Source: Macrostomum lignano
Lineage: Eukaryota
Assembly (NCBI GenBank): GCA_002269645.1
Contig: NIVC01001772.1
Span: forward strand, 62,001 to 126,000
Direction: 5' to 3'
Length of the DNA: 64,000 bases
Shown: positions 22,419-34,350 of the stretch, in pieces
How the letters are laid out: each line of letters starts with the position of its first letter
How positions within the stretch are numbered: position 1 is the stretch's first letter
Program-made: the position numbers and the translations under genes
Notes under the pieces: generated by a model
Seen by the model: only the letters and a program-made list of their open reading frames with translations
Told to the model about the DNA's origin: nothing
The model's database searches: none

Positions 22419-23220
22419 GTGAGAGGAGAAGGGGGTGAGAGGAGAAGGGGGTGAGAGGAGAAGGGGGTGAGAGGAGAAGGGGGTGAGAGGAGAAGGGGGT
22501 GAGAGGAGAAGGGGGTGAGAGGAGAAGGGGGTGAGAGGAGAAGGGGGTGAGAGGAGAAGGGGGTGAGAGGAGAAGGGGGTGAGAGGAGAAGGGGTGAGAG
22601 GAGAAGGGGGTGAGAGGAGAAGGGGGTGAGAGGAGAAGGGGGTGAGAGGAGAAGGGGGTGAGAGGAGAAGGGGGTGAGAGGAGAAGGGGGTGAGAGGAGA
22701 AGGGGGTGAGAGGAGAAGGGGGTGAGAGGAGAAGGGGGTGAGAGGAGAAGGGGGTGAGAGGAGAAGGGGGTGAGAGGAGAAGGGGGTGAGAGGAGAAGGG
22801 GGTGAGAGGAGAAGGGGGTGAGAGGAGAAGGGGGTGAGAGGAGAAGGGGGTGAGAGGAGAAGGGGGTGAGAGGAGAAGGGGGTGAGAGGAGAAGGGGGTG
22901 AGAGGAGAAGGGGGTGAGAGGAGAAGGGGGTGAGAGGAGAAGGGGGTGAGAGGAGAAGGGGGTGAGAGGAGAAGGGGGTGAGAGGAGAAGGGGGTGAGAG
23001 GAGAAGGGGGTGAGAGGAGAAGGGGGTGAGAGGAGAAGGGGGTGAGAGGAGAAGGGGTGAGAAGAAAGAAGAGAGAAGAGAAGAGGAGAGAGGAGAGGGG
23101 AGAGAGGAGAAGAAAGGGTGAGAGAGGAGAGGAGAGGGGAGAGAGAGAGGAGAGTGGAGAGAGGAGAGGAGAGAGAGGAGAAGAGAGGGGAACGAAGAGA
23201 GAAGAAGGGAGAGAGGAGAC
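22419..23220 (+). repeat. 16-bp purine-rich minisatellite (GAGAGGAGAAGGGGGT)n with polypurine flank
   Basis: About 40 near-perfect units; explains the PFSSHPLLLSP ORFs. Confidence 0.95.
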
Positions 23221-24150
23221 AAACCCTGAGCGGGCCGCATTGCTATTGTGAAGTTTCAAAGGACCCGAGGGCCGTATAGAGAGGCTTCGTCGGCCGCATG
23301 TTGCAGGGCACATGAGTTATTGGCCCTTGTAAATGGTCAGAAGTTGCTTTAAGACATCTTTTCTGATCCGGGATGATGTTCCCTATAGTCCTAGCCTTTT
23401 ACAAAGGAATATAGAGTGACTTAGACCAACCGCCAAAGGTACATCCAAGTGCCCATGACCTTTTTCTCCTCTCGGGCCAATATCTGTTTATCTGTGGCAG
23501 GTTACAGCCATAGATAAAATGTAGTTGATAGACAACAAGCTGTCTATGGCCAAAACTCTGTTTTAAAGCCATTCCGAATTTCATGCTAAAGGAAATAAAA
23601 ATAGTCTATGGACAAGCTTGGGCAAAGATGTCTATGGTACAATGCAGTGTAACGCCTGATGTCGAGCGGCAGCATTGGTAATACCACTTTCGCAGCTTCC
23701 TAATTCTGCTTTTTTCTTTCTCAATCCTTACTAAGAAGCTACACGAAGCGTAGCAATTATATGGGGTTGAGGGGCTTGTGGTTCTTAATAGCCTCAGAGA
23801 GTATCGACGCCTCATACAGTTGCCCGCTCTGTTAAATCGATCCCAAAATCCTTCCCCCACCTCCCCAACCCCCCCCCCGCTGCGCAGGCAGTGTCTGTGT
23901 GCCAGACAATAGATAGTGGGCTAGGGAAGCGATCGAGGCAGGCACAGGAAAGGGGAAGAGAGTGTAGAGGGAGAGCGAGGAAGTAAGTGAGAACTGGGGA
24001 GATCTATTTTGCTGCTGCAGCAGTTGCTTACAGTGTGGAAGGGCGTGCTGTGGATTCCTATGAATGGTAGAAATGGTTGCTATGCTTCATTTTTTCCAAG
24101 TTTTCCTGTCCATCTTTTCTACTTTTTTCGAAGCTTTTTTGTCTGCTGAA

Positions 24151-25095
24151 TGCATCTACCAATGTGTCTACTATTGCATCTACCAATGTGTCTACTATTG
24201 CATCTACCAATGTGTCTACTATTGCATCTACCAATGTGTCTACTATTGCATCTACCAATGTGTCTACTAATGCATCTACCAATGTGTCTACTATTGCATC
24301 TACCAATGTGTCTACTATTGCATCTACCAATGTGTCTACTATTGCATCTACCAATGTGTCTACTAATGCATCTACCAATGTGTCTACTAATGCATCTATC
24401 AATGTGCCTACTAATGCATCTACCAATGCGTCTACTAATGCATCTACCAATGTGTCTACTAATTCATCTACCAACATGGCTACGAATGCATCTCCCAATC
24501 GCAGATCCCATCTCCCAATCACAGATCCCATCTCTCAATCACAGATCCCATCTCTCAATCACAGATCCCATCTCTCAATCACAGATCCCATCTCCCAATC
24601 GCAGATCCCATCTCCCAATCCCAGATTCCATCTCCCAGTCACAGATCCCATCTCCCAATCACAGATCCCATCTCCCAATCACAGATCTTATCTCTCAATC
24701 ACAGATTCCATCTCCCAATCGCAGATCCCATCTCTCAATCACAGATCCCATCTCCCAATCACAGATCCCATCTCTCAATCACAGATTCCATCTCCCAATC
24801 ACAGATTCAATCTCCCAATCGCAGATCCCATCTCTCAATCACAGATCCCATCTCCCAATCACAGATCCCATCTCTCAATCACAGATTCCATCTCCCAGTC
24901 ACAGATCCCATCTCCCAATCGCAGATCCCATCTCTCAATCACAGATCCCATCTCCCAATCACAGATCCCATCTCTCAATCACAGATTCCATCTCCCAATC
25001 ACAGATCCCATCTCTCAATCACAGATCCCATCTCCCAATCACAGATCCCATCTCCCAATCACAGATCCCATCTCTCAATCACAGATCCCATCTCT
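24151..25095 (+). repeat. Abutting 24-bp (TGCATCTACCAATGTGTCTACTAT)n and 20-bp (ATCCCATCTCCCAATCACAG)n arrays
   Basis: 24-mer from 24151 to about 24490, then 20-mer to about 25095. Confidence 0.92.
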
Positions 25096-25303
25096 CTTAT
25101 CCCTTATCTCATTAGCATCTGGACAAGAAAATGTCTTGCAAACGCTATATTTGTAATTCAGAAATACAGCACAGCAGTGAGGTCATTCATGCACCAATTG
25201 GCAGCAAAACCTTGCTGTTGCTGCAGTGCGCGGGCCAGCTGGCTAAGCGCTGATGAAAAGCAAAAAAAACTAAGAGAGGGACGGAGGGATGAAGGGAGAT
25301 AGA

Positions 25304-25334
<31 letters not shown>

Positions 25335-25736
25335 AGTGAGGGACGGCTTGGTGCATTGGGAAATCAGCAACCGTGGCAGACTGAGTCAGTCTGAGTCGCT
25401 TTAATTAAGTCTCCGAGTAGTTTCTATGCGATTGAAGGAAGGGAAGAATCTCCCAATCTTCTTATCCTCGCCCGGAGCTGGTGCTGTATATGCACTTCTT
25501 TTTTTGCATTTCTCCTACTAGCTTCTTTTCAGTCTATATAGAGTCTTATACGAGCATGATCAACCCACTCTGAAGGGATTAATGACTGATTGACAGGAGA
25601 CCAATTATCAAACTTTTCTGTAAATTTGAGGTAAAATATTAAATTTGTTTCTTTGTTCTTAGGACACGGCTGCTCGATTAAGTCGGATCAGATTATTTAG
25701 GCTAGGTTTAGGTTACGTGTTTAATCTTTATCAACC

Positions 25737-26090
25737 TCTCCTCCTCGTTCTCACTCTCCGTCTAACTCTCCCTCGCCTCACTCTCCCTCTCCTCACCCTC
25801 CCTCTCCTCACTCTCCCTCTCCTCACTCTCCCTCTCCTCACCCTCCCTCTCCTCACTCTCCCTCTCCTCACTCCCCTCTCCTCACTCTCCCTCTCCTCAC
25901 TCTCCCTCTCTTCATCTCCCTCTCCTCACTCTCCCTCTACTCACTCTCCCTCTACTCACTCTCCCTCTACTCACTCTCAATCCCCTCCTCACTCTCCCTC
26001 TCCTCAGTCTCCCTCTCCTCACTCTCCCTCTCCTCAGTCTCCCTCTCCTCACTCTCCCTCTACCCCTAACTCTTTTTCTCCTCCTCTCTG
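25737..26090 (+). repeat. CT-rich 15-bp repeat
   Basis: (CCTCACTCTCCCTCT)n and variants. Confidence 0.85.
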
Positions 26091-26519
26091 TCTCGCTCCT
26101 TCTCACTCTCCTTTTGCTTTTACTCCTTGTCTCCTTATCATTTTTTGTACTTCTATTAATAACTACTTTCGGCAGTGTTTCCTACCAAACAATCTACGAG
26201 AGTATTAGCCGTGCAGATTTCTAGTAACTACCCTTAGCTACCAGCTACCATGGTGGATTTTAAAGAGGCGTTACTTACCAGATCGCAAAGACTGATGAAC
26301 TCGTGTTATAAAGCTTTCACAGCTGTCTTATTGCAATTGCAACTGCAAAAGTTCCCACTGTCTAGAGGAATTCTCTCTCTGTCCCCACGTAAGCGGCAAA
26401 GCTTTGGAAGACTCCGCTGGTAGCCTTTATCCACTTGCTTGCCGGGCCGCTCTCATTGGCTGGCGTTCCCGGCACAGGATATTGGCGCTCTGCACTGCCT
26501 GCCTGGTAGCTCGCTGTCT

Positions 26520-26900
<381 letters not shown>

Positions 26901-27559
26901 TATGTACATATCTAATCTTTCTATCAACATTGCATACCGTAAGCTTCTGATTTATAGCATATATTTGTGTCATGTCAGCCTACTGACGACAGTAGTAATT
27001 AGTGGCTATACCTATTCACTGAAAGTTATTGCCCATGTGCGCATTCATTCGCAGATGGACATTATTATTTTTTGTCGAGGACCTCGGGGACCAAGAGATA
27101 AAGGAAAAAAGCATAACTCATTGTAAACATAGAAGTAGAAAGTCAGAAATGGAAAAAAACGGCAGTTAATTTTTGTTGTTGTGCTATTGTTCTATTGTTC
27201 AGTATCTTAAAAACGTACTTTTTTAACTGTGAAAAATAATACATAAATTACAGGCGAAGACAGCACTAAAAAGCCAGTGTTACCGGTCACACTTAAATTG
27301 AAATAAACAGAATTTGTTCATAATATTTCTAGTAGTTGAACACACATTCACAACATTGTTACAATGCTAGGAATTAAATATTTAAATAAATGTTTACTAT
27401 GCAAAATTCTAATATAAATCTTTCTAATTGGACAACGAAGTTGAAAAAATGGGTTATGTTTCCATATAGGAAGTAGTTTCTAAGAATTGACTTCTTGGCA
27501 CAGTTTATAAGCAAATCGATTGGCAAAGGATAAGCAAAGGATACACATCTTTTCGGTGG

Positions 27560-28195
27560 CTTAAACACATCTTTTCAGATGGCTTAAACACATCTTCTCA
27601 TGGGCTTAAATACATCTTCTCAGCAGCTTAAACACATCTTCTCATTAGCTTAAACACATCTTTTCATTAGCTTAAACACATCTTCTCAGTAGCTTAAACA
27701 CATCCTCTCATGGGCTTAAATACATCTTCTCAGCAGCTTAAACACATCTTTTCATTAGCTTAAACACATCTTTTCATTAGCTTAAACACATCTTCTCAGT
27801 AGCTTAAACACATCTTTTCAGTGGCTTAAACACATCTCAGTAGGTTTAAACACATCTTCTCAATACCTTAAACACATCGTCTGAGCAGCTTAAACGCATC
27901 TTCTCAGTAAGCCTAAACACATCTTTTCAGCAGGCCTAAACACATCTGCTCTGTAGCCTAAACACATCTTCTCAGCAGCTTAAACACATCTGCTCTGTAG
28001 CTTAAACACATCTTCTCTGTAGCTTAAACACATCTTCTCAGTAGCTTAAACACATCTTCTCAGCAGCTTAAACACATCTTCTCAGTAGCTTAAACACATC
28101 TTCTCAGTAGCTTAAACACATCTTCTCAGCAGCTTAAGCACATCTTCTCAGCAGCTTAAGCACATCTTCTCAGTAGCTTAAACACATCTTAAACA
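27560..28195 (+). repeat. 22-bp minisatellite (GCTTAAACACATCTTCTCAGCA)n 3' of the mannosidase
   Basis: About 28 diverging units. Confidence 0.9.
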
Positions 28196-28330
28196 TATGG
28201 GAATATGTGTTGAAACACATTCGCCAAGATGTTTAAACACATATTCCCACCTCTAGTGGTTTAAAATCGTCTGTCAGTTTCTGATCGCAGCCCTTGCTAC
28301 TAGCAGTAGTAATCACCGGGTAGACTATGC

Positions 28331-29947
28331 TCAAATTGTCCGCATTCCCCTTCTGGCCAGTTTCTTTCGCAGCGGATTCAACCGAGTCGGGATGGCGTGC
28401 GCCTCGGTGTTGAACAGCCACAGGTCCAGCGGGAGTTTATCTGTCGGCGAGAACAGCAGGTACAGATACTTGAGCGTCTCAGCTAGGAAAAATGACCACT
28501 GCATGTTGTCGTGTCTCATATAAGCGCTGTTCATGGACTCGATGCCGCTGAAACCGCTACCAACTCTTGTCGACGTGTTCAATGCTTTCAGAATGCTCCA
28601 GCCCCATTGCCGGTACTTGGGTTTACCTGTCACCCGGTACAGGTAAAATAGCGACTCCACAGTTTCCGGTCGGAGAATGTACATGTCAATATCTGCTACA
28701 AATTTCTTACTGTCGAAATCGTAAGCAAATTTCTCTGGGCCGAGTTTAGTGGGGCTGTGCTGGTAGGACAGGTAGCAGGTCTCTGTGATCTTCTCGGCGT
28801 AATCTAGCCAGTCAACTCGTTTCGGCACCTGCAGGTAGGCCAGGGCAAACATACCGCCAGCGAAACAGGTCAGATGGTCCATTGAGCACAGCTTCAAATC
28901 CGTAGGGTGGCTCAGCTCGCCAATGCAGGTGTGAACTCCTCCGCTGTCATCTTTGCTAACGTGAACTGTCAGGTGCTTCATGATGGAGTCCAGCACCTTT
29001 GTGAAAGTGTCAACGCAGTCGGGCTTGACATCGGAATCGAACATGCACCTCTTGACCAGGTATTCGTAGTAGGAATCTGTGCCACCGGCGATGGAGAACG
29101 GTCCGGAAGCTACATCGAGTGTTGCCGGCTCCCTCAGCATCAGCTGCTTCGTTAAAATGCCATCCAGGCCTCGAATTTGCAGCAATTCTCTCTGGAGTTT
29201 ATCCACCCAGTTGAAGTATTTCTCATTGCCCGTGAGCTCGGCCAGGTATGCAAACTCCAGGTAAAGCGAGCCAATCTCGGCAGTGTAAATCAAATTCGAT
29301 GACGGAGTCACGTTGCTGAACAATTTCACTCTGGGGAAAAACCCGCCGTCTCTAGGAAACGCCGGGGCCAAGCCGTCTCCTAGCTGGGCAGCCAGCTTCA
29401 GGAACAGGACATCCTCGCTCACCGAATAGGCCCCTAGCAACCCGCCGAGCAGCCGAATCGTGGTCTCGAATACGCTTACTTCCTGCCAAGTTCGTTGCGG
29501 ATTGTAGAAGTTTCTAATAAAACTTCGGCCCTCATCGAACTCGGCGGGCAAACCGAGTACAGCCAGGGTGTCCAGCGAGTCGATGACGGTCAACAGGTTG
29601 CCTGCGCCAACGATGCCGTCCGAGTTTGAGGAGCAATTCCTGGTTAGCGGAGCGAGCTCGTTGCCAGTCTTGTGCTGCCTCAGGCACGAGTTGGTGTAGC
29701 CGCGCCAGGCGAACTGGGCCATCTCGCGGACCGCCGCCATTCCGGCCTGGTCGGCGTCATCCAAGCTGCTGCTGGCTAGTATGAAGATCTTCAAGGGGTT
29801 CGCGTAGCGCCAGCGGCTTCCGCCTGGTTGAAGCATCACCGTCCGGTAGTAGACAGTGATGACAACAAGAGTCAGTATTAGAGCGAAAAGATGAGTCCTG
29901 TGAAGTTTCAGACGCAGCTGTATCCGCTGCAGCGGTCTGAATAACAT
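28331..29947 (-). CDS. Class I alpha-1,2-mannosidase (GH47), intronless, 538 aa, type II membrane anchor
   Basis: Single ORF with VFETTIR, GGTDSYYEY, HLTCF.GG, LRPETVES.FYLYR.TG, SFFLAETLKYLYLLF and FNTEAH motifs; N-terminal TM helix. Confidence 0.95.
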   Translation of the reverse strand: MLFRPLQRIQLRLKLHRTHLFALILTLVVITVYYRTVMLQPGGSRWRYANPLKIFILASSSLDDADQAGMAAVREMAQFAWRGYTNSCLRQHKTGNELAPLTRNCSSNSDGIVGAGNLLTVIDSLDTLAVLGLPAEFDEGRSFIRNFYNPQRTWQEVSVFETTIRLLGGLLGAYSVSEDVLFLKLAAQLGDGLAPAFPRDGGFFPRVKLFSNVTPSSNLIYTAEIGSLYLEFAYLAELTGNEKYFNWVDKLQRELLQIRGLDGILTKQLMLREPATLDVASGPFSIAGGTDSYYEYLVKRCMFDSDVKPDCVDTFTKVLDSIMKHLTVHVSKDDSGGVHTCIGELSHPTDLKLCSMDHLTCFAGGMFALAYLQVPKRVDWLDYAEKITETCYLSYQHSPTKLGPEKFAYDFDSKKFVADIDMYILRPETVESLFYLYRVTGKPKYRQWGWSILKALNTSTRVGSGFSGIESMNSAYMRHDNMQWSFFLAETLKYLYLLFSPTDKLPLDLWLFNTEAHAIPTRLNPLRKKLARRGMRTI

Positions 29948-30055
29948 GCTGAGGCTCCGTGGCTATCAGTGTACGCTCGAGCTGACTCAGGGTGTATGCT
30001 GCAGGGTGCTGTAGATCAGAGCCTGCAACGATTATTGACAGTGTGTAGTTGCATC

Positions 30056-31505
30056 CACTCTGATGAAATGGCACTCTGATGAAATGGCACTCTGATGAAA
30101 TGGCACTCTGATGAAATGGCACTCTGATGAAATGGCACTCTGATGAAATGGCACTCTGATGAAATGGCACTCTGATGAAATGGCACTCTGATGAAATGGC
30201 ACTCTGATGAAATGGCACTCTGATGAAATGGCACTCTGATGAAATGGCACTCTGATGAAATGGCACTCTGATGAAATGGCACTCTGATGAAATGGCACTC
30301 TGATGAAATGGCACTCTGATGAAATGGCACTCTGATGAAATGGCACTCTGATGAAATGGCACTCTGAGGAAATGGCACTCTGATGAAATGGCACTCTGAT
30401 GAAATGGCACTCTGATGAAATGGCACTCTGATGAAATGGCACTCTGATGAAATGGCACTCTGATGAAATGGCACCCACTCAGATGAAATGGCACCCACTA
30501 AGATGAAATGGCACCCACTCAGATGAAATGGCACCCACTAAGATGAAATAGCACCCACTAAGATAAAATGGCACCCACTAAGATGAAATGGCACCCACTC
30601 AGATGAAATGGCACCCACTAAGATGAAATGGCACCCACTAAGATGAAATGGTACCCACTAAGATGAAATGGCACCCACTAAGATGAAATGGCACCCACTA
30701 AGATGAAATGGCACCCACTCAGATGAAATGGTACCCACTCAGATGAAATGGCACCCACTCAGATGAAATGGTACCCACTCAGATGAAATAGCACCCACTA
30801 AGATGAAATGGCACCCACTAAGATGAAATGGCACCCACTCAGATGAAATGGCACCCACTAAGATGAAATAGCACCCACTCAGATGAAATGGCACCCACTA
30901 AGATGAAATGGCACCCACTAAGATGAAATGGCACACACTCAGATGAAATGGTACCCACTCAGATGAAATGGCACCCACTAAGATGAAATGGCACCCACTC
31001 AGATGAAATGGTACCCACTCAGATGAAATGGCACCCACTCAGATGAAATGGCACCCACTCAGATGAAATGGCACCCACTCAGATGAAATGGCATCCACTC
31101 AGATGAAATGGCACCCACTCAGATGAAATGGCACCCACTCAGATGAAATGGCACCCACTCAGATGAAATGGTACCCACTCAGATGAAATGGCACCCACTC
31201 AGATGAAATGGCACCCACTCAGATGAAATGGCACCCACTCAGATGAAATGGCATCCACTCAGATGAAATGGCACCCACTCAGATGAAATGGCACCCACTC
31301 AGATGAAATGGCACCCACTCAGATGAAATGGCACCCACTCAGATGAAATGGCATCCACTCAGATGAAATGGCACCCACTCAGATGAAATGGCACCCACTC
31401 AGATGAAATGGCACCCACTCAGATGAAATGGCACCCACTCAGATGAAATGGCATCCACTTAGATGAAATGGCATCCACTTAGATGAAATGGCACCCACTC
31501 AGATG
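30056..31505 (+). repeat. Two-domain satellite: 16-bp (ACTCTGATGAAATGGC)n then 20-bp (ACCCACTCAGATGAAATGGC)n
   Basis: Unit switch at about 30475; lies just upstream of the mannosidase ATG. Confidence 0.95.
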
Positions 31506-32592
31506 ACTGACTATAGGGTTTAAAAATCCGCAAGAGTAAGGTGCATAAAGAGAAGCAAAGTAAAAGAACACCAAACTATGATTAGGTTATGTTCGAAGTG
31601 CTATAAGTGAAAGTAAAAAAATAAGGCGCCTAAATGGAACGAGTAGAGAGGTATGTAGCGTTGGAATAAGTGTGATAAGAATACAACAATCACCCTCCAT
31701 TCCAGACACCAGTCAAAGAGAGAAGACTTCAACTAGCATGCAAGCGAGATAAAGCAAGGGGGTTGACAGGCGAGGTCGGTTCTGACGAGAGTGGAATTTG
31801 GCCGAGTAGAGGGGGAGAAGTAACGGCCAACCCCAACTCCGATGATAAACCTAGCAACCGATGGGCGAAGGATCAGAAATATGGACTCCAGACTGACTCA
31901 AACCTCGCTAAAATAACTGATATCAAATAATCTATATCTCTCTAGTTTAGTGTAAAAACCTTTCTGCTTCTTCTGTAAAGATCCGAGTTTTTGAATTATG
32001 TACATCCCAGCCAAGAAGGAGTCAACTTGTGATGCTCAGAATACCAGTAGACAGATGTAGCTATGTAGGAAAAATGCAATTTGAACTCACAAAGAGGGGG
32101 TTCGCAGTCGCAGTAAAAGATTCTGTAGCAAGTTGCTGAAACTCAAACAGACTAGTGCAGGTTTTGAGGGGGCATGCTCCGAGGCTGCTAATTTACCTCT
32201 ACAGCGCTCTACCGCATGTCATTCTTATTTATTACCCCTTGCATGCAGAAGCAACCGTGCATTTCGCTTCACTACTGCCCGGGGGTTGGCAAAGCTAAGT
32301 GAACCAATGACAGTAGAGCAGTCTCTCAGCTCTTACCTCTCTCCCTCTGTCCTCTCCTCTCCTCTCCAGGTCATTTTCTCCATCTCTGAGCAAGCCCATT
32401 CTTATAGTCCTGTGCATTTGCACGATAAGAAAGAGGCATCTCGTAGCTACCGGCAGAATCTGGGCTTAAGTCCTATGCTGAGCCTTATTCAAGCACTTTA
32501 TTACTGTGGTAACTGTGCGCACATTCAGTGCAATCTTGGCTGCCCCGTGTTTTCATTGGAATTATTTTGCAAAAATTTGTTTTTAATATAGC

Positions 32593-34350
32593 TACCGGCT
32601 ATTTTGGGTACGCAAAAAGTATCCGGACACTTGCATGTGTTGCAGAGAAGGACAGATAAATATGCACGTGTTGTACCCAAAATCAATGAATTTTCACATC
32701 GCAATTTTATGCAACAAATTGTCGTAGCTCGTTTTTCAGAAAAGTGGCCAATGCAACAGGTCGGTCTATTTTCACCTGGAAAGGTGATAATGGCTTAATT
32801 AAAGGTAGATGACGTAAATCGCGAAATTTCAAGCTCGTGTTCGATTTAACAACGTAAAAACGAATTTTTTCTAAAATGCGAACAAGAGAAACGTAACGCG
32901 GGCATTGAGCAACAAAAGTGAAACTTAATTTAAAGAAGCGGTCGCTTTTTCTAACAGAGTTCAAGATCGTCAGACTTCCTCGAATCAATCACCTGGCCCA
33001 CTTGCTGAAATGTGCTGCTCAAATGGTTCCAACAAGCGGCTCTGCATGCCAGACTCGATTTAATCCACGATTGGAGAACCTCCTTGGGCAATCACCTTCT
33101 CAAGACGACCACGAAACGCTTTGCAGCATCTCACCAGATATTCCGGAGTCAGCTCTGATTCCCAAGCCTCATGAATGGCAGATCTCAGCGAGTCCAGGGA
33201 CGTGTGGAAGCTTCTGCAGGCCCGCTTGTCAACCTGGTTCCAGATAGAAAAATCCAGGGGATTTAGATCCGGTGAGTAGGCTGGCCAGTCCTCCTTCAGC
33301 CAGACGCGCTTGCGCCCGAAGTGAGCGCTGAGCCAGGCCTGCACGTCATTGCGAGTGTGTGCTGGAGCCGAGTCCTGCTGGAAGCGAAAGTTCCAGCCAT
33401 CTGCAAAACTGCCATCCGGCCGCACCTTGTCGAGATAGTTACTGCGAATCCAGTGCAGCACTTTCTGGAGCACATCAAGGTACCCGTCTCCATTCAGTCG
33501 GTACCCCTTGTCAAAAAATATTGGCTGCATTTTCTTGCCATCAGAAGCGACGAGGCCAAAGACCATGATGGTTGCCGGGTGCTTCATCTGTGGCGAGTTG
33601 AAGGCGTCCCGCTCCTCACTGCTCCTGGCCAGCACGCGCGAAGAGCTGCGATTCCGGTAGGGTGTCTGCGTGAAGTTCTTTTCATCCGTGAAGAAGATGA
33701 CTTCAACTCCGGGAGAGGCCTTGAGGTCATTCAGGAGCCTCCGTGACCGTTGAACCCGAAGCCCCAGCTGATCCGCGTTCAGCATGGGGATTTCCCTCTG
33801 CACGAAGCTCCTGACGCCCATCTCCCGAAATGCATTGCGGACATTGCTCTCATGCACTCCTTCCTCTCGGGCAATTTGCCTCATCGTCTTCGTTGGGTCT
33901 TCTGCCCGCTTGGCTTCGAGGTTGGCCATGAAGTCTGGTGTCCGGACTGTCCGCGGCCGTCCCGATTTCTCCTTCGGTTCCAGGCTGTCGCCAGAATCCA
34001 GCAGCTTCTTCCAATCACCGACGGTGCTCTTCCCTACTGAGTACTTCTCAGCACACATTCGCACGCTCATTCCAGAAGTCAAGTCGGTAGCGACACGCTT
34101 CTTGAGATCCAAGGAATAGCTTGCCATTTTGTGACAACTTGGGGTGGCAAATCCGCGGATTGAAAACGAAGCTTTCGAAATAAAAGGATGAACAGCATGA
34201 GTCCATTTTGCATATCAGGGTTAAAATTCCAGGCAGAAGTTGGGCCATAGACATATTATACAAATGATGCTTTAAATTCCCGGAGTATGTCAAACTCTCG
34301 GAAAACAAAGCCAACAAGATTTTGTCCGGATACCTTTTGCGCACACGGTA
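32593..34350 (-). mobile_element. Tc1/mariner (maT-like) DNA transposon with imperfect TIRs
   Basis: TIR core GYRCGCAAAARGTATCCGGACA at about 32608-32629 and 34323-34344; terminal TA at 32593-32594 and 34349-34350. Confidence 0.8.
33060..34127 (-). CDS. Tc1/mariner transposase, intact, 355 aa, DD39D triad
   Basis: N-terminal HTH, GRPR AT-hook, FTDEK, QQDSAPAH and WPAYSPDLNPLD; 39 residues counted between D2 and D3. Confidence 0.92.
   Translation of the reverse strand: MASYSLDLKKRVATDLTSGMSVRMCAEKYSVGKSTVGDWKKLLDSGDSLEPKEKSGRPRTVRTPDFMANLEAKRAEDPTKTMRQIAREEGVHESNVRNAFREMGVRSFVQREIPMLNADQLGLRVQRSRRLLNDLKASPGVEVIFFTDEKNFTQTPYRNRSSSRVLARSSEERDAFNSPQMKHPATIMVFGLVASDGKKMQPIFFDKGYRLNGDGYLDVLQKVLHWIRSNYLDKVRPDGSFADGWNFRFQQDSAPAHTRNDVQAWLSAHFGRKRVWLKEDWPAYSPDLNPLDFSIWNQVDKRACRSFHTSLDSLRSAIHEAWESELTPEYLVRCCKAFRGRLEKVIAQGGSPIVD

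Noticed and set aside
24064-25156. Mucin- or antifreeze-like repeat protein ORFs (STNVSTIA, SQSQIPS)
   Set aside because: Several frames are open only because the units lack stops; no splice or domain support.
28331-29947. Horizontal transfer of the intronless mannosidase
   Set aside because: Eukaryotic type II membrane architecture and composition similar to neighbouring exons; the neighbours are also intron-poor.
30056-31505. CUGAUGA and GAAA in the satellite, and CUGAUGA-GAAA at 43786, as satellite hammerheads
   Set aside because: No stem II can form between the core boxes and there is no matching stem I/III with an NUH triplet.
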